Both the position numbers and the translations under genes were made by a program. 64,000 nucleotides of DNA from Sedimentisphaerales bacterium (lineage in GTDB: Bacteria; Planctomycetota; Phycisphaerae; Sedimentisphaerales; SM23-30). Below the pieces are notes generated by a model. That model was given only the letters and a program-made list of their open reading frames with translations, made no database searches and was not told where the DNA came from. The stretch spans positions 32,001-96,000 of the forward strand of contig CAXXFK010000015.1 in assembly GCA_963663965.2 (NCBI GenBank). The letters run 5' to 3'. Positions 57,133 to 64,000 of this stretch are shown one piece after another (positions within the stretch are counted from its first letter, which is position 1; every line of letters begins with the position of its first letter).

Positions 57133-58866
57133 TTATATTGTACTTTCAACAAGTGAAGGAAACAGAGAAGGTATCTCAAACATAAAGGTCGCCCCTTTGC
57201 CAAGCCCTTGTGATTCAGCCCAGATACGGCCGTGATGCATTTCTGTCACGCGTTTGCATATTGCCAAACCCGCGCCTGACCCTTCCTGATTCGGATCCAG
57301 TTGTTCAAATAACCCAAATATTCGATCCAGATATTTCGGATCAATTCCTATGCCATTGTCTGCGACCGACACAACGGTCATACCCTCTTTTTGATAAGCG
57401 CTGATTGCAATTCTACCATCAGAACGATCCCCCATATACTTAATCGCGTTGTCCACCAAATTTTGCATCACTTCAGCAATTCTGGTTCGATCCCCATACA
57501 TTGAAGGCAAATCACCCGTGACCACCAGTTCGATATGCTTCCGGGATAACTGCGTATTCAAAGTCTCTGAAATATCACGCACTACCTCACTGAACGGAAA
57601 TGTTTCGAATGGATTGGCCTGGCGCCCGATACGTGACAATTCCAGCAAATCATTCAGTAATTTCTGCATTTTAGCGGCGGCATTATCCAGGAAATCCAGA
57701 TCATCGTTAACGCGATCCTGTCTGGAACAGGCCACATCATTGCGTAACGCACCCAGAAACCCACGTAAGGTAATCAGAGGACTTTTCAGATCATGAGACA
57801 CGGTATAGGTAAATCGTTCTAATTCTTCATTTTTATCTTGCAGACACTGAATCAGTTCTTCATTTTCCTGGGCAGCCAGCTTTCGCTCCTGCACTTCTTC
57901 TAAAAGTTGCTGGTTTAATACTTTCAATTCATCCGTACGTGTCTGAACCAACGATTCCAGATTATCTTTACTGTTGCGCAGCTTTGTTGACATTTCATTA
58001 AAGGCCTCTACCAATTCACACAGTTCACGCCCGGCCGGCAACTCCAGGTCATCTCCCAATTTCGATTCATCCCAGGCGATATCCCGGGTTCTGTTGCGAA
58101 TCGACTTCAGTGGTTCGATCACAACCTGATGAGTCAGCTTATACTGAATAAACATTGCCAATCCCAATAACAGCAACAGAATCGCACTTAATTTCATAGT
58201 CACTTTACGTACTGAGGCATAGGCTTCGGTTAACGGTATCCGAATGGAGATGGCTGAAACAACGTCACCCACGTGACGTCCGAAGCTGCGTTCCGGCCCA
58301 TAGTGGTTCACCAGGTCGACCGGGGCTTGATCAGGCGTACTGTGGCAACGCAAACAGGCCTGTTCCATAATTTCGCCACGGTGTAAGGTAACAAAGAAGC
58401 TTTCACCATTCAATTTACGAACTTCGGAGCGGGTTTGCAGTTCCTGATTGTGATTTAACGCATCGATAAACGCTTTCTCATATTCATCCGCCTCATTTAA
58501 TGGAGCACGCGCGTTAACGGCACATTCTTTGTAATAATACTTTTTGTCCGGATGCACTGCCTGATAATAATCATCAATTTGGCGAATCGCATAGGTTGAC
58601 GACATCCAGATCGGCTCAAAATAATCATCGTTAACAACATCCATCGTTTCAAATAATTTTGGTTTCAGGATTTTATTGAAATAGCGATGAGTAGCCAGAT
58701 TTCTCTTGAGAATGATTTCAGTTTGCCGTTTAGCCTCTTGCAACGCTTCGTTCCGCATTGAGCTATTTACTATTACAATAAGGACACTTCCGCTTAGCAG
58801 AAACAGGGCCAGTAACCCCAAATTAATATAAACCGAAATTTTGAAATTGCGTCCGAATAACTTCAT
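57133..58866 (-). CDS. Sensor histidine kinase with periplasmic c-type heme (Tll0287/DUF3365-like) domain and HAMP
   Basis: NARAPLNEADEYE, ACLRCH heme motif, GDVVSAISIRIP; HAMP; SHDLKSPL; HATPase boxes. Confidence 0.9.
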   Translation of the reverse strand: MKLFGRNFKISVYINLGLLALFLLSGSVLIVIVNSSMRNEALQEAKRQTEIILKRNLATHRYFNKILKPKLFETMDVVNDDYFEPIWMSSTYAIRQIDDYYQAVHPDKKYYYKECAVNARAPLNEADEYEKAFIDALNHNQELQTRSEVRKLNGESFFVTLHRGEIMEQACLRCHSTPDQAPVDLVNHYGPERSFGRHVGDVVSAISIRIPLTEAYASVRKVTMKLSAILLLLLGLAMFIQYKLTHQVVIEPLKSIRNRTRDIAWDESKLGDDLELPAGRELCELVEAFNEMSTKLRNSKDNLESLVQTRTDELKVLNQQLLEEVQERKLAAQENEELIQCLQDKNEELERFTYTVSHDLKSPLITLRGFLGALRNDVACSRQDRVNDDLDFLDNAAAKMQKLLNDLLELSRIGRQANPFETFPFSEVVRDISETLNTQLSRKHIELVVTGDLPSMYGDRTRIAEVMQNLVDNAIKYMGDRSDGRIAISAYQKEGMTVVSVADNGIGIDPKYLDRIFGLFEQLDPNQEGSGAGLAICKRVTEMHHGRIWAESQGLGKGATFMFEIPSLFPSLVESTI

Positions 58867-59122
58867 GGCGTAAGTTTTTCAATTGATACCAGGCCTGGTA
58901 TACTTGAACAACGGTAAAATTTGATTTCCATTCCAATAATCGGCATTCCCATACTTCAATATTATCTTTAATTATTGCTATGCAGGCAAAAAACCCAATT
59001 TTCACATACAATTATTAACATTTTTATACTTTAACCCTGAATACCCCTGACCCTTTCCCAGTATTTTCATGCTATGCACGTCATAATAAGGCATTTAACC
59101 GATCTCAATGGGTGTTTTATGC

Positions 59123-59151
59123 TTGACATTTATCAGAAGATAAACTAGATT
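59123..59151 (+). promoter_or_regulatory. Sigma70 promoter of rpsB-tsf
   Basis: TTGACA-N17-TAGATT. Confidence 0.65.
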
Positions 59152-59235
59152 AGCTGTTCTTTAATTTGCCGATCAGAATGTAACTGACTGGAAAATCGAT
59201 ATTTAACCCCGTTCTAACAATTTGTGGAGGTTTGC

Positions 59236-60072
59236 TTGGATAATAAAACCGTCCGTGCCCTCGTGGATGCGGGAATCCATTTTGGCCATCGTGCAGGCCG
59301 CTGGAACCCAAAGATGAAACCGTATATTTTCTGCACGCGCAATTCAATTCACATCATTGACATCAAAGAAACGATCAAAGGGATCATGCGCGCCCGTAAA
59401 TTCCTGACCAGCGTAGCCGCATCCGGTAAAGATGTCTTATTTGTCGGCACCAAGCGTCAGGCACGCGGCGCCATTGTTGCTGAAGCCAATCGTGTTGAAA
59501 TGCCATTTGTCAGCGAACGCTGGCTGGGCGGCACTTTAACGAATTTCAGCACGATTCGCAAACGCCTGGCCCGCCTGGAAGAATTGGAAGACATGGAAAG
59601 TCGTGGCGTCATGGCAGCTCAGAGTAAAAAAATGGAATCCATGCTGCGGCGCGAATTACGCAAGATCAAACGCAACCTGGATGGTATCCGCAAGATGGAC
59701 CGCGTACCCGGCGCCCTGGTTATCATCGACGCGATGCGTGAACACCTGGCCATCGGCGAAGCCCGTAAACTGGGTATTCCGACGATTTGTTTGCTGGATA
59801 CCGACTCCGATCCCGATCTGGTCAATATTCCGATTCCAGGCAATGATGACGCCATGCGTGTGATTGAACTGGTTATCAAAGAAATGGCAGACGCAGTATT
59901 GGAAGGCAAAGCCGGTCGCGTTGAACGCCGTGGTGTCAGTGAGGATGGCGAACGCCGACGTGTGTCCAAACGGGCAACCTTGTCCCAGTTTGCGGAAGAA
60001 AGCGCCGGACAACCCATTGCTACGGAAACCACCCCTGCGCCAGCCGAAGCCAACCCTCCGGCAGGCAATTAA
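59236..60072 (+). CDS. rpsB: 30S ribosomal protein S2
   Basis: AGIHFGH, WNPKM, LFVGTKRQ, RWLGGTLTN, IPGNDD; TTG start 5 nt after GGAGG. Confidence 0.97.
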   Translation: MDNKTVRALVDAGIHFGHRAGRWNPKMKPYIFCTRNSIHIIDIKETIKGIMRARKFLTSVAASGKDVLFVGTKRQARGAIVAEANRVEMPFVSERWLGGTLTNFSTIRKRLARLEELEDMESRGVMAAQSKKMESMLRRELRKIKRNLDGIRKMDRVPGALVIIDAMREHLAIGEARKLGIPTICLLDTDSDPDLVNIPIPGNDDAMRVIELVIKEMADAVLEGKAGRVERRGVSEDGERRRVSKRATLSQFAEESAGQPIATETTPAPAEANPPAGN

Positions 60073-60185
60073 AAAAATAACATAATCTGAACTCGCCGAT
60101 CAGGATGAGTTAAGATCTACTATAAAAAAACATCTGGCAGGACACCGATCCTGCCAGAAGCTATTTATTTACAAGGAGATATAAA

Positions 60186-61058
60186 ATGGCTGCAATTTCT
60201 GCTGCTTTAGTGAAACAATTACGCGATCGCACCGGTCAATCCATGATGGACTGTAAAAATGCCCTGACTGAAACCGATGGCGATATGGAAAAGGCTGTTG
60301 ACCTGCTGCGTAAAAAAGGCATGGCTGTCATGGAAAAACGCAGCGATCGCGAAAATAAAGAAGGGCAGATCGTTAGCAAAGTCAATGCAGACGGCAAAAT
60401 CGCAGTATTAACAGCATTGTGCTGCGAGACTGATTTTACCTCAAAGAGCGAAAATTTCCAAAAGGCCGCCGAATTACTGGCTAACGCTCTGCTGGCCGCC
60501 TCTTCCACTCCGGCAGATACTGAAGGCCTAAAGCCATTGGCCGACAAGAGCGGTAAGACGGTTGATGCCGCGATTAATGAAATCATGAGTCAAACCGGCG
60601 AAAAGGTTACTCTTGGCAATTATGCCCGTTTTGAGTTGCCAGGTTCCGGATTGATTTATACCTACGTCCACTTTAACGGGAAAGTAGGCACTATGATTCA
60701 GATCGATGCGGAAAATAATCAGGCGGCCAGCGCCAGCGTCACCCAGACTCTGGCCAGCGATCTGGCGATGCATATTACTGCCATCAATCCTGTATCTGTC
60801 AGCCGGGATGAAGTACCCGCCGACACGATCGAAAAGGAAAAAGAAATTGCCCGTGAACAGATAAAAAACAAACCGGCTGAAATGGTCGAGAAAATCATCG
60901 AAGGCAAAATCAATAAATGGCTGAGTGAAATCGTATTGCTGGAACAACCCTTCGTAAAAGATGACAGCAAAAAGGTATGCGATCTGGTTGCCGAGGTCAG
61001 CAAAGCGGCCGGTGGACAGTTAACTGTCAAGCGCTTTGCCCGTATCCAGATTGGTTAA
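60186..61058 (+). CDS. tsf: Translation elongation factor Ts
   Basis: VKQLRDRTG, MMDCK, CETDF, LAMHI, LLEQPFVKD. Confidence 0.97.
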   Translation: MAAISAALVKQLRDRTGQSMMDCKNALTETDGDMEKAVDLLRKKGMAVMEKRSDRENKEGQIVSKVNADGKIAVLTALCCETDFTSKSENFQKAAELLANALLAASSTPADTEGLKPLADKSGKTVDAAINEIMSQTGEKVTLGNYARFELPGSGLIYTYVHFNGKVGTMIQIDAENNQAASASVTQTLASDLAMHITAINPVSVSRDEVPADTIEKEKEIAREQIKNKPAEMVEKIIEGKINKWLSEIVLLEQPFVKDDSKKVCDLVAEVSKAAGGQLTVKRFARIQIG

Positions 61059-61073
61059 TTACCCTAATTTTAC

Positions 61074-61116
61074 AAAGGCATCAGTAAGCGCTTATCCCGC
61101 ATCTGATGCCTTTTTT
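61074..61116 (+). terminator. Intrinsic terminator after tsf
   Basis: AAAGGCATCAG/CTGATGCCTTT stem with T-tract. Confidence 0.8.
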
Positions 61117-61281
61117 GTGTTGATAACACACAGAGAATATAGTTGACCGGTCTGGTCAATCGTTTACAATCTTCTTATTGGCAGTCAACCCAACTTATCA
61201 TTATGGCCAGACCGGCACGTAAGTATTTACTTGATAGTGAGTTGCTAGAAAACCGGTCAATAAAAACCGTGAGATCTATTT

Positions 61282-61998
61282 ATGGGATCATTAAAATATA
61301 AACGCGTATTGCTCAAAGTCAGCGGAGAGGGGTTGAGCGGTCCGGGTGGATTCGGCATTGAAAGCGCACCTGTCACGAGCATGTGTGAACAAATCGCCGA
61401 ACTCTGGCGACATGGCGTTCAAACGGCCATCGTATGTGGTGGGGGCAATTTAATGCGGGGCGCCGCCCTCAGCGACCGGACCGCCATTCGCAGAACCACC
61501 GCCGATCAAATGGGCATGCTGGCTACCGTCATCAACTCCCTGGCCATCCAGGATGTTCTGGAAGGACTGGGAGTCCCAACGATCACCCTTTCAGCGGTAG
61601 AAATGAACGCTGTCTGCGAACGCTTTACCGCCCGGAAGGCCATTGCCCACCTGGAAGCCGGGCGGGCGATCATTCTAGCCGGAGGCACGGGCAATCCCTT
61701 TTTTACGACTGACACCTGCGCAACGTTGCGTGCTTCGGAAATCCAGGCTGATGTTGTCATTAAAGCGACGAAAGTCGATGGTGTCTACTCAGCCGACCCG
61801 GTTAAAGATCCATCCGCAAAACGTTATGAAGCATTAAGCTTTGACGAGGTCATTCAACAGAATCTCAAGGTGATGGACCTGACCGCGATAACCATGTGCC
61901 GCGAAAATAAAATCGATATTATCGTCTGTAACCTAATGGCGCCAGGGACCGTCTTAAAAGTGCTTCAGGGGATGAATGCCGGCACCACAATCAGTTAA
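61282..61998 (+). CDS. pyrH: UMP kinase
   Basis: RVLLKVSGE, GGGN, DQMGMLATVIN, GTGNPFFTTD, KVDGVY, LKVMD. Confidence 0.97.
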   Translation: MGSLKYKRVLLKVSGEGLSGPGGFGIESAPVTSMCEQIAELWRHGVQTAIVCGGGNLMRGAALSDRTAIRRTTADQMGMLATVINSLAIQDVLEGLGVPTITLSAVEMNAVCERFTARKAIAHLEAGRAIILAGGTGNPFFTTDTCATLRASEIQADVVIKATKVDGVYSADPVKDPSAKRYEALSFDEVIQQNLKVMDLTAITMCRENKIDIIVCNLMAPGTVLKVLQGMNAGTTIS

Positions 61999-62043
61999 TA
62001 AACTTACACTTATATCCCATTAAAAAATAGAAGGAACTCAATC

Positions 62044-62619
62044 ATGGCAGATGAAGGATTAACGCTTGACGATATTATGCTGGAATCGGAAGACCGCATG
62101 GACAAGGCGCTGGATCACCTGAAGAGCGAGTTAAGGATGGTACGCACCGGACGCGCATCAACCGCCCTGGTAGAAAATCTTCGCGCCGATTATTATGGCA
62201 CCTCCACCCCTCTGAAGCAACTGGCCAATTTATCCACACCGGAACCGGCTTTGATCGTGATCAAGCCATTCGATACTTCCGCCATAAAAGATATCGAAAA
62301 GGCCATCATCGCCTCTTCGATCGGCTTGAACCCCAACAGCGACGGTCGCCTCATCCGTTTGAACGTTCCGCCGCTTTCGGGTGAACGGCGACAACAGTTA
62401 GCCAACCAGATCAAGCAGATGGCCGAAGCCGCCCGGGTCAGTGTGCGGAATGTAAGACGAGACGCCAACAAGCAGATCGATCAGATCCAGAAAGACAAAG
62501 TGATTACTGAAGATCAGCGCGACAATGCCAAAAAGGACATTGATGAAACCACCAAAAAATACATCGATCAAATCGATGAAGCCTTGAAAAACAAAACAGA
62601 AGAAATCATGGAAGTCTGA
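62044..62619 (+). CDS. frr: Ribosome recycling factor
   Basis: RTGRA, DYYG, IGLNP, PPLSGERR, VRNVRRD. Confidence 0.97.
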   Translation: MADEGLTLDDIMLESEDRMDKALDHLKSELRMVRTGRASTALVENLRADYYGTSTPLKQLANLSTPEPALIVIKPFDTSAIKDIEKAIIASSIGLNPNSDGRLIRLNVPPLSGERRQQLANQIKQMAEAARVSVRNVRRDANKQIDQIQKDKVITEDQRDNAKKDIDETTKKYIDQIDEALKNKTEEIMEV

Positions 62620-62648
62620 CGTATCCTGGCATGCAAAAAAATCTCATC

Positions 62649-62680
62649 AAACAGCCTGAAATATTGCAGGCTGTTTTATT
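62649..62680. terminator. Bidirectional terminator between frr and the DUF4097 gene
   Basis: AAACAGCCTG/CAGGCTGTTT 10-bp stem. Confidence 0.8.
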
Positions 62681-63638
62681 TGATGGAGATGCCGCCATTA
62701 CAGGTTTCCATGAACAACTGTCCGAGCCCCCCTTCGCGCCCGATAACGCCACGGAATTCATTGGCCAGCCTGCCGCGGACGACCAATGGGACATCGGAAT
62801 AGATTTTTCCATTATGAGTCGCCAATTCCGCTTTGCCGGCAAAATCACGGGGCAACAAAATACTCAGGCTGCCATTATAACTTTTAATCCAAATATCCCG
62901 GTCAGGCTCCACGCCGTTGACATATTCCACGTTGATACTGCCATTGTGAGTTTCTGCTTTTAAATTACCGGTCACTTCATACATTCTGATATCCTGGTTA
63001 TGGGTTTTCAAGTTTTGACCGCCTTGAATACCGCGTGTCTCAATCGAACCATTGTGAGTTTCGAGTACGACTTCTCCATTAACCTGCCGGGCAGTCACAT
63101 CGCCGTTATGGGTCGCGTAATGAACGGTTCCGCCAATCTTACTGGCCAGCATGGATCCATTATGGGTTTTACATTCCAGATTTCCATCTATATCGGCAAT
63201 CTCGATTTTGCCGTTATGGGTTAGCAATTGCAGGTTTGACCGAGTGGGAATCCTGACAGTCATATGTGTACATATCTGAAATTTGTTTTTGGGATCGGGA
63301 TGATCCGCACGTATGGATAGTTTTCCGTCGTCCTCAATTAGCTTTATCTCGACCCGATTCAGGTAATCCTGAGCCTCCTGGTCGGTCCTGGCCCGCACTT
63401 CAATCGCGGTATCCACTTGGCACCGTTCCTCATCCCAGCCATTGACAACTATGTTGCCGTTATGGAGATCCACCTCGATTAATTGACCTGACGTAAGAGC
63501 CATTTCATGTTGATCATCCCGGGTGACTTTACTGCTGAATTCACTGACATTACATCCGTCCAGGATAACAATACACCCTGGTATCAGGGCCAGCATCGCC
63601 AAAGTAAATACTATTTTTACAGAATATTGCCATTTCAT
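62676..63638 (-). CDS. DUF4097 beta-strand-repeat (adhesin-like) protein, possible lipoprotein
   Basis: Repeated THNGxI units about every 18 aa; signal with IPGC. Confidence 0.85.
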   Translation of the reverse strand: MKWQYSVKIVFTLAMLALIPGCIVILDGCNVSEFSSKVTRDDQHEMALTSGQLIEVDLHNGNIVVNGWDEERCQVDTAIEVRARTDQEAQDYLNRVEIKLIEDDGKLSIRADHPDPKNKFQICTHMTVRIPTRSNLQLLTHNGKIEIADIDGNLECKTHNGSMLASKIGGTVHYATHNGDVTARQVNGEVVLETHNGSIETRGIQGGQNLKTHNQDIRMYEVTGNLKAETHNGSINVEYVNGVEPDRDIWIKSYNGSLSILLPRDFAGKAELATHNGKIYSDVPLVVRGRLANEFRGVIGREGGLGQLFMETCNGGISIK

Positions 63639-63719
63639 AAAAGCCTCCTGACTATAAAATTCCTGTTTTGCCGTATTTCACTATTAGAATCACTATTGGA
63701 TCGTTGACTAGAATTCGAA

Positions 63720-64000
63720 TTAGCGCGCAGGTTCCAGGCTTATCCTGGCGTCGCCAATTTCTATTGGCGTTGATTGATTGACATAACCAATCCCGCATTC
63801 GCCGAGAATAATATTTCGTTCAGCACCAGACGCTTCACGATAGGTGATCTGAATCGTGCCAGATCCTGTATTCATGATTTCTATTTGACGGCCGACTTTG
63901 ACTAAGGCATCCCCAATTTGAATTTCTGTACCAATATCAAAATAGCCTGTTCCGTTTTGACCCAGCATGGTTACGTACTGATCATGATCGTTTTTGATTT
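63720..64000 (-). CDS. 3' end of a hypothetical protein (truncated by the window)
   Basis: Frame of ORF 63720..63968 stays open to the window edge (IKNDHDQYVTM...). Confidence 0.55.
   Translation of the reverse strand, partial: IKNDHDQYVTMLGQNGTGYFDIGTEIQIGDALVKVGRQIEIMNTGSGTIQITYREASGAERNIILGECGIGYVNQSTPIEIGDARISLEPAR

Noticed and set aside
60133..60158. TCTGGCAGGA/TCCTGCCAGA hairpin between rpsB and tsf as a novel RNA
   Set aside because: A simple intercistronic stem-loop is ordinary at this position.
62800..63300. THNG repeats as a DNA repeat element
   Set aside because: Protein-level beta-solenoid repeats of DUF4097.

Overview
Bacterial chromosomal window. Gene content suggests an anaerobic planctomycete (Phycisphaerae/Sedimentisphaerales-like); this is inference from the groEL-groES-groEL layout, kinase-linked ECF sigma factors, dockerin domain and CAZymes. 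From left to right it holds: (1) groEL-groES-groEL with a complete sigma54-type promoter architecture, divergent from rtcB and a PIN/TRAM gene; (2) a six-gene minus-strand envelope-signalling operon (membrane-anchored PspA-like coiled-coil protein, helical-repeat/degenerate FHA protein, multi-TM Ser/Thr kinase with a TM2 domain, two paralogous membrane proteins, and an ECF sigma factor with a fused zinc anti-sigma-like tail); (3) a deoxy-sugar/plant-glycan cluster (FucU, FucP with a large insertion, YphC-like dehydrogenase, GH29, aldo-keto reductase, AraC, GH51, GH106); (4) a phasin-like gene with an AarF kinase, and umuDC; (5) an ABC exporter, ECF sigma factor, dockerin-bearing anti-sigma factor, stand-alone cohesin-like protein and VIT/vWA lipoprotein in one operon, the best candidate for an undescribed system; (6) a repeat-bearing non-coding gap and an unassigned secreted protein; (7) a DUF134/NifX/MinD-FeS/Mrp cluster with a frameshifted fusion gene and a perfect operator palindrome; (8) an acetylesterase, two orphan histidine kinases flanking a porin, and rpsB-tsf-pyrH-frr. 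No tRNA, rRNA, transposase or canonical CRISPR array was seen. All domain calls come from motif recognition by eye, not from searches.
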